Shown piece by piece: positions 11,989-25,330 of a stretch of 64,000 bases of DNA (its first letter is position 1; each line of letters opens with the position of its first letter). The position numbers were made by a program, and so were the translations under genes. Source of the stretch: Octopus vulgaris (Eukaryota). The notes under the pieces were generated by a model that had not been told where the DNA came from, made no database searches, and saw only the letters and a program-made list of their open reading frames with translations. The DNA lies in NCBI GenBank assembly GCA_951406725.2, contig OX597814.1, positions 96,720,001 to 96,784,000 on the forward strand, written 5' to 3'.

Positions 11989-12162
11989 TACATTCAGAAG
12001 TAAAAACACGTAAAAAAAATAAAAGCGAACAAAATAAGTAAAAGCATGAAAAAAAATAAACCCATTCTTTACAGCTGTGTATGAATTGCTTCGAGTACCA
12101 TTATTCCAAAAAGGAACTATTTCACGTTCTCCCGATAGTTTATATAATTCCTTTGACGTCAG

Positions 12163-12470
<308 letters not shown>

Positions 12471-12777
12471 TAAATATTACGTCTATACACATACACATAC
12501 ACACACACACTGCGTGTGTAAACATATATATGACATACATGAATGTATGTACATATTCATGTGTGCGCGTGCGAGTGCTGTCTTACTGAGTTTTTCATCA
12601 TACTGTAGAAAAGCACAGTGCCAAGCATACTTCCAGTAACAAATTCCTCCTTTTAGGCAATGCATCAAGCCTCCTACTTAGCTTAAAGAATTTTTCTGTT
12701 CGCGGGAAATTGGAATATATCTGTTAGAACGCAACTCCTTTGCACCAAATGAATGGATCATGGTATAATAGCTAACG

Positions 12778-12984
12778 GGCGGCGAGCTGGCAGAAACGTT
12801 AGCACGCCGAGCGAAATGCTTAGCAGTAATTCGTCTGTCGTTATGTTCTGAGTTCAAATTCCGCCGAGGTCGACTTTGCCTTTCGTCCTTTCGGGGTCGA
12901 TTGGCCGATATAATCGACTTAATCCGTTTGTCTGTCCTTGTTTGTCCTCTCTGTGTTTAGCCCCTTGTGGGTAGTAAAGAAATA
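12778..12984 (+). mobile_element. SINE family A with TSD
   Basis: Head ggcggcgagctggcagaa, B-box-like gagttcaaattcc; flanks ggtataatagctaac / ggcataatatctaac. Confidence 0.92.
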
Positions 12985-13259
12985 GGCATAATATCTAACT
13001 TCAAGGTATATTATCTGAGAATTTTGAAACAACTCATAAGTACAATTGATGAAATCAAACCTACAGTTAGAGACAAATGAGAAAAGCTCAGTATACACGA
13101 AATTTATGTGGACAACATAGTCGAGTCGTGTGATCAGCTGAAAAAATATGATTCAGCTATATCCGTAATTTTACAGGTTTTTCACCAGCAGAAAGTTTAC
13201 ATCAAGTAAACTTTAGTTTACGTCGAGTAAACCGCCATGGTTTACGTCAAGTAAACCAA

Positions 13260-13489
13260 GGCGGCGAGCTGGCAGAAACGTTAGCACACCGGGCGAAATG
13301 CTTAGCGGTATTTCGTCTGCCGCTACGTTCTGAGTTCCAATTCCGCCGAGGTCGACTTTGCCTTTCATCCTTTCGGGGTCGATTAAATAAGTACCAATTA
13401 TGCACTGGGGCCAACATAATCGACTTAATCCGTTTGTCTGTCCTTGTTTGTCCCCTCGTGTGTAGCCCCTTGTAGGCAGTAAAGAAATA
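13260..13489 (+). mobile_element. SINE family A, full length, with TSD
   Basis: TSD agaaagtttac(a/g)tcaagt at 13190-13207 and 13490-13507. Confidence 0.92.
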
Positions 13490-13879
13490 AGAAAGTTTAC
13501 GTCAAGTTCAGCAAGATAATTTGGTACAGACGAATGATGTAAGATTTTAAAAATTGTACAAGTTGATGTAGGCAAGGTACTAAAGTCCCAAAAAGAAAGT
13601 TTGTTTTATGTGAAGCAGAGGCTGTTAGAAGAAGACTGAGCTTCAGAGCAAGAAGAGGGATGTAGAAGCTCCATCCATTACACTAAGTTGAATGCAAAAC
13701 ATTGGCACTTATAGAGTAAGATCTAAAATAATTGCTAGTAACGAGCCTGATCGTGAAGGTAAAATTAAATTTATAATTCAGAATGAACTCAGTCATTCCA
13801 CCGAGGTTTAAAAAGCGACGGAACAGCTTTGAATACGTTCTTTAATTCTGAAACAGATCCTGATTATGACCATCTATAG

Positions 13880-14376
13880 CAGGGGTCACCAAACCTTTTT
13901 CACGGCGGGCCAGATAACTGACAGAACGACGAGCGCAGGCCGCATAACTATTTTTGTTTATTACAATATAGCGAATACACAGAGAATAAATACAATCAAT
14001 ATATTTATTTACCAAAGAGTTATCAAAGAAGGCGACGTTAATAATAAGATAGTTATATCTTACTCAGTGGACAGCGAGAAAGGTTAATGAGATTTGTGAA
14101 ACTGTGTTTAGTTTGTAAGATGTTATCAATATTTGCTTTGGAATTGCTGCAACCAAGCAAGAGAATTGCTTTCAAATGTTCATCAGTCACCTCGTTCAAT
14201 GTGCTGACTTCACATACTTCATTTCTGAAAATGTTTACTCACAGTCATAAGTTGTTCTAAACACTGATGCCATACCAGAGGCAAATGCACAAAGGTACAA
14301 AGCGGCGGTAGGCCGGATGAACTGAGCTCGTGGGCCGGATAAACTTAGCTCAGAGGCCGTAGTTTGGTGACCCCTG
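13880..14376 (-). mobile_element. hAT (Charlie/SPIN-like) deletion derivative
   Basis: TIR caggggtcaccaaac / gtttggtgacccctg; 8-bp flanks atctatag / atctacgg; minus-strand MASVFRTTYDCE*TFSEMKYVKS..TDEHLKAIL (hAT C-terminal dimerisation region). Confidence 0.9.
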
Positions 14377-15359
14377 ATCTACGGGGAAGAAGATAGTGCT
14401 CCTCTTCCTCTAAGTAACCCATATTGCACCACTTTTCAACATACAGCAATCGATATCATTTGTCTGAGTATATTCTCTACAATGATATTACTGCATTATT
14501 TTTTAGATATACATGTACAATGCGTGATTAAAAATTGTTATTTTCATGCATGAAAGTTATTGCATTATGTCCCTTGTTTTAGAGGGAAATACTATAAAAA
14601 TGTTTCTCGGTGCGTCTAAATTCGGGAACTCCATCTTGCTTGTTGAAGGCAAGATGAACAAGAGGAAAGATGATTAAGAGAGAGAATTAGAGAATTAGAG
14701 TAAGAGGGTGTTAGCAGAGAAAGTATTATTAGATAAATTAAATAGCGACAGGAGTGAGAGGGAGATATAGGAAGGAGTAATGAAAGAGAGACAGTGATAG
14801 ACAGTTATATATTGCTTGTTGGTAAGAAGATTTAATAGAGAAACAGCATACGTGGTGTACTTCGAGAATGGAATGTAAAAGATAGGAGTTGGAATGATGG
14901 AAGGAGTGATAAAAATGGGAGTAATATTTGTCAAGAAGGGAATAATGTGTGAGAGGGAGGGGTTGATCGTCATCAATAAAGGTGGGGGAAGTTAAGCGAA
15001 TGATAGATAAAGATAAATAAATATAGGTGATGTTAAAAACGAGAGTGATTGAGTCAGTAATGAATGATTGTGAAAGGAGGAAGTAATATTAGAGAAAGAG
15101 AGAGGGAGGGGAGAGAGAGAGATTTGGTAATGGCTAGCAATAAGAAGAGTAATAGCAGATGTACAATTCAGATAGATCCGATGAACATCTCTTGTTACCC
15201 AGGTAGTGTATACAGTAAAAGGAGAGAAAGTAAGTGATAAATGAGTGAATAATGAGGGTAGAAGATCGACAGTAACGTGGGGACTTAATTGTGAGCATAA
15301 CTAGCAGGAGACCCAAATGTAAATATTATAGATCCAACCTCTAGCACCATCCCCCTTTT

Positions 15360-15940
15360 TACGTTCGTTTCGCCATGATTACATAAACGGGCAAATTTCC
15401 TCCGGCACCTGATGTCTCCTCAAAGTCATGGTTTTCAGACACTTCTTTCGTGAAGTTCGGCTTCTTTAAATCAGTTTCCATCACTTGGTCACATGCCTCT
15501 TTTTTGGTCTTACCTTTGCTCATGTGAAGGCGCGTGGCCAAGTTGTTAGGGTAATCGGTTCATGATCGTAAGATTGTGTGTTAAATTCCCGGCGGCGAGT
15601 TGTGTCATCAACAAGTCGCTTTACGTTGCTCCAGTCCACTCAGCTGGCAAAAATTGAGTAGTACCTGTAATTCAAAGGCCCGCCTTGTCACATTCTGTGT
15701 CACGCTGAATCTCCATGAGAACTACGTCAAGGGTGTGCATGTCTGTGGAGTTTCTCAGCCCTTTGCACGTTAATTTCACGAGTAGGCTTTACCGTAGATC
15801 AGATCAACCGGAACCCTCGTCGTCGTAACCAACTGAGTACCAATTTTGCTCACGTTACATCCACTTCGAAGTTCGGCAATTAAAAGATCCCCTCCGTACT
15901 CATCGCATGATCGTATCATTGCAGTCCAGTCTCCCCCACC

Positions 15941-15971
<31 letters not shown>

Positions 15972-16420
15972 CCTCTTGTATGCTACATTTGATACCTCTC
16001 GTAGCCACTTTTCTTTTTCTCAGCTAATTTGTGTTCTATTCTTCGTGCACAACATTACAACACCCAGTGGAACATGTTCGCTTCACCTTTTCCAGTTTTC
16101 GCAAATGCTCAACATTGAAGACCCTTTTCTTTTGACTATGCAACATCGCACTACACAACCATCACAAAATATGCACTTTTCTTTGTAAGAGAAACCCTTT
16201 GTGTATAGAAAAGATGATTATAGGCCTACGTTTCTCCACCTTATTCTTAATCTAACTACTATGCTTTCAGAACAACACTAACTAGGTCACCTAGGTAACA
16301 AAAGCTAACAACTACTGCTAGGGAACCTTCCGGGCATTTCAAGATATCTATTTCACGTGTACTTTTAACTGCTGACTGCTCCTGTGCATCTGCCACTTAC
16401 GAACGAAGCCTACTTTCTCA
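15360..16420 (-). mobile_element. Decayed RTE-clade LINE 3' fragment
   Basis: Minus-strand remnant resembling RGRPRKTWxxVVxxDL near 15460-15520 and upstream RT tail; split by SINE B with tttgctca repeated on both sides. Confidence 0.5.
15524..15843 (+). mobile_element. tRNA-derived SINE family B, full length
   Basis: Head gtgaaggcgcgtggc, central ttgctccagtccactcagctggc, tail shared with 6737-6918. Confidence 0.85.
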
Positions 16421-16619
16421 GTCTGCCTGTGATTCTACTACACTTCTCCATACATACATGCGCATGTGCACGTGTGTATGTGTGCGTGTGCGTAAGTGTG
16501 TGTGTATGTGTGTGTACGTATGCATCCACCCACAAATACATACATACATACCTACATAAATACATACATGTCAGTGGCATTTCGTACAGGAAGGCAAAAC
16601 ATGCAATGCATGCTTAATT

Positions 16620-16674
<55 letters not shown>

Positions 16675-16863
16675 AAACAAGCAGTCGGGTTTTGACATAA
16701 ATCGTATATTTTTATGAGAAACCCAGCTGGAAAGAGGATATACACATGTTATATGTACTTTAATTCAGATATATGGTCCTCTTTTATTTTATTTATTTTT
16801 TAAAAATAATTTAATAATTTAATAATTAAAGCATTATCATATATGCATACATGCAATGGTACA

Positions 16864-16913
<50 letters not shown>

Positions 16914-17055
16914 CATACACATATACGTACATGTGTATGTACTTATGTATGTATATGTATATATGTATGTATGTATCTATCTATCTGTCTATCTGTGCGT
17001 ATGTATATATATACATTTATTTATACGTGTACATTTATTTATATATATGTATATT

Positions 17056-17088
<33 letters not shown>

Positions 17089-17622
17089 ACATGTATGTAT
17101 AATTATATTTGTATAGTCTTTGTATATATATATATATATGCGCGCACACACATACACACACACACACATACACACACACATGCAAATATACCAATGTACA
17201 TATGTATGTGCGCATTTGTGTTTGTGCCTGTGTACTCGTAAATATAAATGCACACACACATGCACATTCTCACACAAACACACACACACGCACGAACACA
17301 CACTCGCACACACGCGCACACACGCATGCAAGCACTAGAAGAATACTCGGTCTAGTGCAGGAAATATATCATTTTATGGCTAATTATTTGAATTCGAATC
17401 AGGGTGATTAAGTCTACAATTATTACTATTATAAACGAATTACTTCTATTATTTATAACAGATACATTTTTGAAATTCTTGAAAATTTGTGCTTCAATGG
17501 TTCGCTATAATTGGCACACACACAAACACACACGCACATATATTGTGTGTGTGTGTTTATTATAGTGTGTGTGTGTGTGTGTGTGTATTTATGGCTGTAT
17601 TTGAAGTAAAGATCCTATGTAC

Positions 17623-18008
17623 CTATTTCTTTACTGCCCACAAAGGGCTAAACACAGAGAGGACAAACAAGGACAGACAAACGGATTAAGTCGATTATAT
17701 CGATCCCAGTGCGTAACTGGTACTTATTTAATCGACCCCGAAAGGATGAAAGGCAAAGTCGACCTCGGCGGAATTTGAACTCAGAACGTAGCGACAGACG
17801 AAATACTTATTTCTTTACTACCCACAAGGGGCTAAACACAGAGGGGACAAACAAGGACAGACAAACGGATTAAGTCGATTATATCGACCCCAGTACGACC
17901 CCGAAAGGATGAAAGGCAAAGTCGACCTCGGCGGAATTTGAACTCAGAACGTAGCGACAGACGAAATACTGCTAAGCATTTCGCCCGGCGTGCTAACGTT
18001 TCTGCCAG
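17623..18008 (-). mobile_element. SINE family A tandem dimer
   Basis: Two units joined at gacgaaatac|ttatttcttta. Confidence 0.92.
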
Positions 18009-18489
18009 TATCATTTGCATATTAAATTAATTTCTTTTGTTTTTTTCATTTCTGTGTTTTGACCATTGACTCTTACTACTGACTGTGTGTTAAAAGAAAA
18101 TGAAATCCACAAGTTCAGTTTTTAAATATTATTTCCCGTTTCTTTGCACACCTGAAAGTTAATCTTAAACCATAACCGTAGACCCTAAACCTAACCCTAA
18201 CCTTAATTGTATACTTTTTTTTTTCTCTCGTGAGAAAAATCTCTTATGTTTAATACAACTAATTATGAAAAGAAATTAAGGAACAAAACGGCAAAAATGG
18301 AGCAGTTACTACTTGTATACTCCAAAACGAAGAGTGAGAGATGGTAGTAGTTTTTTAAAATGAAATTAAAATACCCCACCCCCACCCTGAATCTTGAAGA
18401 AAACTTTTCCAAAGATTTAGAAAGTAGAAATTATAGGCAGGTGGAGGTTTATATTGCACAACTTTGCTTATATAATTGTTTAATATACT

Positions 18490-19649
18490 CAAGATGCTGT
18501 GAATATATTGTCTAAATTAGTCAAAAGTGAAAATAACACTGAAAATTTATTCTAACAAATATATTTACCAAAATTATATAAAAATATCTTGAAATACTAA
18601 AGACAAACATTTGTCAGTAAAATCACCTTTGTGGAGGCGCAATGGCCCAGTGGTTAGGGCAGCGAACTCGCGGTCGGAGGATCGCGGTTTCGATTCCCAG
18701 ACCGGGCGTTGTGTGTGTTTATTGAGCGAATACACCTTAAGCTCCACGAAGTTCCGGCAGGGGGTGGTGGCGACCCCTGTTGTACTCTTTCGCCCCAACT
18801 TTCTCTTACTCTTTCTTCCTGTTTCTTGAGTAACGCTGCGATGGACTAGCGTCCCGTCCAGCTGGGGGGTAACACATACGCCACAGAAACCAGGAAACCG
18901 GGCCCATGAGCCTGGCTAGGCTTGAAAAGGACGCATAAATAAATAATTTTAAAAATCACCTTTGCCTTCAACCACGGCCTCCAGACGACTTCGGAATCTC
19001 CAACAACTTTTATGAACAGTCTCCTTCTTTAAGTTGGTGAATGTTGCTACAATCCTCACTTTCACATAATAATCAAGGAAGTTGTAATCTGGGGAGTTAG
19101 GTTGCTAGATGTCAAGGGTGATGTGGTCGCAGAAATTGTCTAACAGCCATGACTGGGTTCTCCTGCTTGTGTGGCATGATGCAGAATCCTGTTGTCAAAC
19201 ATAGGGTCTTCCAGCAGCCACCCTGTTGACCCAGGGCAGCACTACTTCCTCTAGGCACTTGATGTAGGTCTCCGTGTTGAGTGTGAGGCCGCGTGGGAAG
19301 ATGAATGGAAGCACAACGTCGCCATCACCAGTGATCACTCCAAACATCATGATGTTGACTGGATGTTTGATTTTTATCACTCTCGGTACATGTTTTGGGG
19401 ACACGGCAAACCAATGGTTGTTCTGTGTGTTCACCATCAGTTCGTTTTGGAGCTTCCAGCGCGAATGCCAAGCAGTACAGCATGTCGTTTCCAAATTTCT
19501 GGCAGAGTGAATTGCGTCATGGTGCTGATTTGGTCACAGACGGTGCCCAACTGACCCTACTATACTGTGTAGGCGACAAAATCAAAAACAAATAACACGC
19601 ATGAGCGAAATAAAAAATATAAAATGGTGACAATTTACCCATTGCACTC

Positions 19650-19650
<1 letters not shown>
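18490..19650 (-). mobile_element. Tc1/mariner DD37D (maT-type) element with internal deletion
   Basis: QQDSASCH..SPDYNFLD with 37 residues between the Asp residues; N-terminus MTQFTLPEIWKRHAVLL fused directly to the catalytic domain; TIR-like end at 19620-19650; left boundary uncertain. Confidence 0.85.
18631..18950 (+). mobile_element. tRNA-derived SINE family D inserted in the maT element
   Basis: A-box-like tggcccagtgg, B-box-like ggtttcgattccc; TSD aaaatcaccttt on both sides. Confidence 0.92.
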
Positions 19651-19685
<35 letters not shown>

Positions 19686-19751
19686 TGTATGTATGTATGT
19701 ATGTATGTATGTATGTATGTATGTATGTATGCATATATATGTATATATATA

Positions 19752-20150
19752 TCTCTTATTATAAAAGGCAGATTTTATCTGCCTCCCTTTGGGAGTTATA
19801 GAAATCTACAATATAGGATTTCTTCAATTACAATTTACCTAGCAGTTTTAAGAGTACAATGCATCGCGTCATGCCAGGTCCAGTTTTTAAGATTTAAACT
19901 CCAATTAAGCAAAATTTACAGAAAACTCACATTCTGGTGTGTGTGTCAAATGCTTTTCTTAGTCTGGTTTACACCACACGCAAACGCACACACACAGTGG
20001 GCAACGAATAAAGTGAAACTAGATGTAATATTTGTTTCTCTCTATCACGCTGATAGATACATGAGTAAAATGTATGGGAAGCTAACACATAAGTGTGAGT
20101 GAAAATGTTCTTGGAAGAGAGTTAATAGCCAGAGATAGTGAGATTAAATA
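19752..20150 (+). mobile_element. Possible Helitron 5' fragment
   Basis: aTCTCTTATTATAAAA start followed by hairpin aggcaga-tttta-tctgcct; no 3' CTAG end found. Confidence 0.4.
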
Positions 20151-20209
20151 ACCGTAGTGGCTTGTGTTAGTAATAAAGTAAACATACACTCATACATACA
20201 TACATACAT

Positions 20210-20244
<35 letters not shown>

Positions 20245-20566
20245 TACATACACACACACATACATACATACACACATACATACATACATACATATACATA
20301 CATACATATACATACATACATACACACACACACACATACACACACACACAGTATTGAAGCTTGAGAACAATCAGATACATTTGCAACACATCTGTCGAAA
20401 ATATTATTGTTCACACACATACATATACATATATACATACAGACAGACAGACAGACAGATACACACACACACACACACACACATGATCCAGCATGGCCAC
20501 AACCTCAAGGCTGAAACATATAAAAGAATAACAGAATATAAATGTGTGAGAGAGAGAGTGTGTGTG

Positions 20567-20598
<32 letters not shown>

Positions 20599-20789
20599 TG
20601 TATGTATGTATGTATATATATATAATAATGCGGTTTTTTCAACAGCTTGAACTAAAAGTCAGAGGGGAATGGGATAAACTACTTATATTAACTTGCTATA
20701 AAAGCAGGTAGTAATTTTATCTTGTCCTTATTCATAGTGCAAGTTTTGAAGAGTGCATTTCGATTTTAACAGCTATTTTTTTCAAAGCT

Positions 20790-21060
20790 ATATTGGAACA
20801 GCCTAGAAGACGAGCCTCATCCTGAAAGATCTGTAGAACTCGACAAGGACATCCTGAAAACCCTGGTGGAACAAAATCTCATCGTAACTGTTGAGGAACT
20901 AGCAGAGAAGCTTGGATTTGGTCATTCAACCATTCATTGAGACCTGTGTGCTATCGGAAAAGTCAGCAAATTGGGTCAATGGGTTCCTCACGAACTTTCC
21001 GAGTCTAATTGCATGCAGAGAGTGAATGTATGCTTTTCTTTGCTGTCACATCTCACCACT
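20790..21060 (+). pseudogene. mariner transposase HTH fragment
   Basis: SLEDEPHPERS..LKTLVEQN..TVEELAEKLGFGHSTIH..GKVSKLGQWVPHELS (WVPHEL motif). Confidence 0.9.
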
Positions 21061-21075
21061 ACTGCGCTATGTATA

Positions 21076-21701
21076 TCTATATATATAAAACTGTAGTTGT
21101 GTGAGTGTCTGTCCCCTTCGATTTAGATTCCCACATTTTGCGGTGCAGTTTAACCAAATTCGGGTAGCTTATAGTCGTGATTCATATCGAGCCCGTCTGA
21201 GTATTAGCGCGCGTCTACGATGAGTCTACGATTTTAAAAATAATTTAACATCATTTTTTATTCCATTTTAATGCATAATTTTTCGTGTGTCGATGGCGGC
21301 GGAGTTGGCGTCCACGCTCACACCTGCACCTGTGGGGAAGGGAGTGTAAGGAAATCAACGTCGTAATGCGTTGTCAAGGAGACCAGCGTTCTTTTAGAAC
21401 AACGACTTCATGGCTTGAAGACACCAAAACAGAAATGGCTAAGAAAGCATCTACATGAGTCTACGATTTAAAAAAAAAATTACCATCGTTTTTTTCCATT
21501 TTAATGCATTTTTTCGCTATTATATAAGGGAAGTAACTCTCTAAAAATGTCTACGATGAGTCAACGATTTTTCAAAAAATTTACCATCATATTTTTTCCA
21601 TTTTTAATGCATTTTTTGCTATTTTTTGGCTATAACTCTCTAAAAATGCTTATATAGTTATTTCCCTTACAAACCCGAGCAACGCCGGGCGATACTGCTA
21701 G
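21076..21701 (+). mobile_element. Non-autonomous Helitron, complete
   Basis: 5' TCTATATATATAAAA, 3' hairpin cccg-agcaacgc-cggg then CTAG; inserted between A and T; same family as 43310-44217. Confidence 0.92.
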
Positions 21702-21740
21702 TGTATATATATATGTATATATATATGTGTGTGTGTGTGC

Positions 21741-21779
<39 letters not shown>

Positions 21780-21869
21780 TGTAGTTCTATATTTAAGAGA
21801 TGAAGAATTATGTACATTATTTACATTATCTACATTCGATGGATATTTGTCCTCATCTTGTTTGTTGTT

Positions 21870-21915
21870 AACACAACGTTTCGGCTGACATACCCTCCAG
21901 CCTTCATCAGGTGTC
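21870..21915 (-). ncRNA. Minimal type I hammerhead ribozyme motif
   Basis: Minus strand: gacac CTGATGA a ggctgg-agggtatg-tcagcc GAAA CG T T gtgtt. Confidence 0.85.
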
Positions 21916-21968
21916 TTGGGGAAATTTCGAACCTGAGTTGTCATTCCTAAGGTATTTTGTTCGATGAC

Positions 21969-21970
<2 letters not shown>

Positions 21971-22048
<78 letters not shown>

Positions 22049-22051
22049 TAC

Positions 22052-22124
<73 letters not shown>
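21971..22124. repeat. (TTA)n microsatellite
   Basis: Direct reading. Confidence 0.98.
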
Positions 22125-22128
<4 letters not shown>

Positions 22129-22193
22129 TCTTTGCCTGGAATCGAACTCGGAATCTTGGGGTTAGTAGCCAGCGCTCTTAGCCACTGCGGCAT
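22125..22193 (-). promoter_or_regulatory. tRNA-like sequence with Pol III A/B boxes (SINE head; not a functional tRNA)
   Basis: Minus: atgccgcagTGGctaagagcgctggctACTaaccccaagattccGAGTTCGATTCcaggc; D-loop TGG, anticodon-like loop and T-loop GTTCGA present, acceptor stem absent. Confidence 0.75.
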
Positions 22194-22223
22194 ATGAGAA
22201 CCCAGATTCGAAATTACCCCCAA

Positions 22224-22269
22224 GACACCTGATGAAGGCTGGAGAGTATATCAGCCGAAACGTTGTGTC
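22224..22269 (+). ncRNA. Minimal type I hammerhead ribozyme motif
   Basis: gacac CTGATGA a ggctgg-agagtata-tcagcc GAAA CG T T gtgtc; perfect 5-bp stem I. Confidence 0.88.
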
Positions 22270-22342
22270 AACAACAAACAAGATGAGGATAAATATCCGT
22301 CAAATGCAAATAATGTAAATAATATATATATATATATATCTA

Positions 22343-22572
22343 TATTCTTTTAATCTTTTATTTGTTTCAGTCATTTGACTGCAGCCATGCTGGAGCATCT
22401 TTAGTCGAACAAATCGACCCCAGGAATTATTCTTTGTAAGCCTAGTACTTATTCTATCGGGTCTTTTGCCGAACCGCTAGGTTACGGGACGTAAACACAC
22501 CACCATCAGTTTTCAAGCAATAGTGGGGGAACAAACACACACACACGCATACATACATATATATATATATAC

Positions 22573-22665
<93 letters not shown>

Positions 22666-22790
22666 CACGACGGGCTTCTTTCAGTTTTCGTCTACCAAAA
22701 CCATTTGACACTTGCCCAAAGTGCCACGCAGTGGGATTCAACCATGTGGTTGGTAAGCGAGCTACTTACCACACAGCTACTCCTGCGCTT
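22343..22790 (-). mobile_element. SINE family C with internal (AT)n
   Basis: Reverse complement of 60954-61397 with internal deletions. Confidence 0.88.
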
Positions 22791-23049
22791 ATATATGTAT
22801 TATTTATACTGAAATATATATCATTTAACGTGAGCGCAGGCGTGTTTGTGTGGTTTAGAATATCACTTTTTAAGTATGTGCTTTCAACCTCATTCTATTC
22901 AACACTGCTTGATTAAAACATTTAACATGAAGCTTGAATTGTAGAAAGTGAAACATTTCAGCGCTTCGTCTCGCCCAGAGGCACATGTAAGTTAAAGAGC
23001 TTTGTGAAAAATACGTGGTTTCCATGTCAAAAGAATTAAATGAATAGAC

Positions 23050-23194
<145 letters not shown>

Positions 23195-23234
23195 TGAGGT
23201 GCTTGTGAATGCTTTTAGTGATATCTATGTAACC

Positions 23235-23522
23235 CATAGGTTCTCAAAGTGGACGCTACCGCCCCCCTGTTGGCGCTGTTGCCTAAAGGGGCGGTAGAGA
23301 AAAAGGAGGCGTTGGGAGAAAGGTAGTGGATTGGGGGGGCGCTATGTATTTATTACAGTATTTATTATAGTATTGAATACAAATTATATAATATTAAATA
23401 TCAAATGATTCATAGTATATATAAATTAGTAATATATAAAATATTTATTTGTATATAAAAATAGTGTAAGGTATTATGTGACTATGACGGGAGCGGTAGC
23501 TCAAAAAGTTTGAGAACATCTG
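23235..23522. mobile_element. hAT MITE
   Basis: TIR cataggttctcaaa / tttgagaacatctg; perfect 8-bp TSD ATGTAACC. Confidence 0.9.
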
Positions 23523-24093
23523 ATGTAACCTTTGCATGGTCCTATCGTGAGCAACTGAACTGGAAATCCCACAAACTTACATATTGAATTGGTCATTCTG
23601 CAAGATAAATATCCAGACCAGTCAAAATGTGAATGAACTTACGGAATCCACTAATGGCTATCATTTGATGTGTACATAAGCACCGTTAAGTGTGTGTGTA
23701 TATATATGGTTAGTGACGTGATTGTATAGAAATAATGAATAACTTTCATCTTCAGAACTTCGAAGCTAGCTGCAGCTGCCCAATGGGGACACCTAGTACA
23801 AGTGGCAACATACCACCATTCTGGGTTAGAAGCCATAATACACGCAGACATCTGATATAATTTTTTGTTACCTTTTTATGTGGTATTGCTAGATCTGGGG
23901 TTTCTTTCAGCCATTTTGATGATCTTTCAAACAACCTTGACTTTATCTTAGAATAAGTATACTTTGTAAAAGCGAGAAAGTGAGTCTGATGTGCATGCAG
24001 CTCTTTCTTATAACGGAAAAAATGTTTCGTTTGTCTAGCATTGCCTATAGAAAAGCCATCATCAAATAGATAGCTAGATAGAAAGAATGAAAT

Positions 24094-24179
<86 letters not shown>

Positions 24180-24383
24180 GGATAACAAGTGCTTGTACTT
24201 TTAATCTCTTTTAAACTTTACTTTTATCTATTTTTATAAAATAAAAACTTGTCGAAACCGGTGTGGTATTTTAATAATCTGCTACCAAATTTAAAAACTA
24301 CGGTACGTCTTCAAGAGCATTTTCAATCCCACAAACCAACCTTCCTTTATACATGTGTTTTTGTGTGTGTGTACCTATTTGTG

Positions 24384-24432
<49 letters not shown>

Positions 24433-24819
24433 TATGTATGTATGTAATGAATATATATAGCGGTATGTATATACATATATAATAATAAAAGGAGGAAAAT
24501 GCACATAGTTTACATAGTGTTAATATATTTTAAATGAAAGAGTATTGTGGTTGTCGACCAGTTTCACTGTCGCTTACCACGACATTGAAATTATTGTGAT
24601 TTCGTATTTTCTTAAGAAGTTTTTAGTATGAAAGTTTGTGAATGAACCAACTAGTATGAAAATCTAATATAGTTGCTATTCAGGACAGGGAAAGCAATTG
24701 CTCATTTTGGGGTTTGGATAAATAAATATACAAAACCTCACGAGCTAAAATGGTGAGATGAAATATGTACAGTGATGGATATGTGATTATGAATTAAAAT
24801 ATATACTGAGACCAAAGTT

Positions 24820-25330
24820 AGTTATGAGTTCACATTAGGCGTATTCTGTATTTTTCGATAGATAAATGTTCTTTATTTAAACTTTCCCGTACAGAAATTG
24901 TTTCTTTGAACTGGTAGATGGGTGAAACTGAAATTCGGTTGGAGATTCCCTGCACATTTTTCTATGTGTTCACACAAAGGTATCTGACTATACCTTGGGA
25001 AACGGATCTGTTCCTTAAGTGGTGTGGTTCACCGTCTAAGTGACATACTTGCCTGTCTTATATAGTTGCGTCCACAACCAGTTATATCATAAATTATCGG
25101 ATGCACAAATGAAGTTGGTCTTAATTGTAAAACTCTCTCCTTGTTTGAATTGGAATTCCGAGCCATCTAGTAGGTTGGGGCATGTTCCACAGTTTGGACG
25201 TTCACACTTTTTAAACATTGGTTTTGTGGTTGCTGTTTATAGCTTTGCATTTGTCAACAAGGCTAAAATTAGTTTTTCCAAGTTTTCAATATATCGTAAA
25301 GTGTTTAACATAATTTTAGATTTAAAGGTT
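24820..25330 (-). pseudogene. Penelope-like element GIY-YIG endonuclease remnant
   Basis: LLTNAKL..KKCERPNCGTCPNL..FTIKTNFICASDNL, then frameshifted GCGRNYIRQ..KEQIR..EHIEKCA. Confidence 0.75.

Larger units (their letters stand above)
12600..13700 (+). pseudogene. Tigger/pogo DDE transposase remnant, interrupted by two SINEs
   Basis: KFLLLGNASS (LLLLDNAPSH-like) and MDHGIIAN|FKVYYLR rejoined across the SINE at 12778. Confidence 0.6.
21816..22323. mobile_element. Fold-back element with inverted Penelope-pLTR-like arms
   Basis: Arms 21816-21944 and 22194-22323 are reverse complements with scattered mismatches; spacer = short unique piece, (TTA)n, tRNA-like head. Confidence 0.88.

Noticed and set aside
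18168-18206. Telomere-like (CCCTAA) tract
   Set aside because: Only a few degenerate units; not an interstitial telomere array.
22125-22193. Functional tRNA-Ser(ACT) gene
   Set aside because: No acceptor stem or long variable arm; treated as a SINE-type head.
23570-23960. Possible host exons (CTTAC donor-like sites; AAQWGHL ankyrin-like peptide)
   Set aside because: Short frames with stops, weak splice context, no second supporting exon; only RNA-seq could rescue it.
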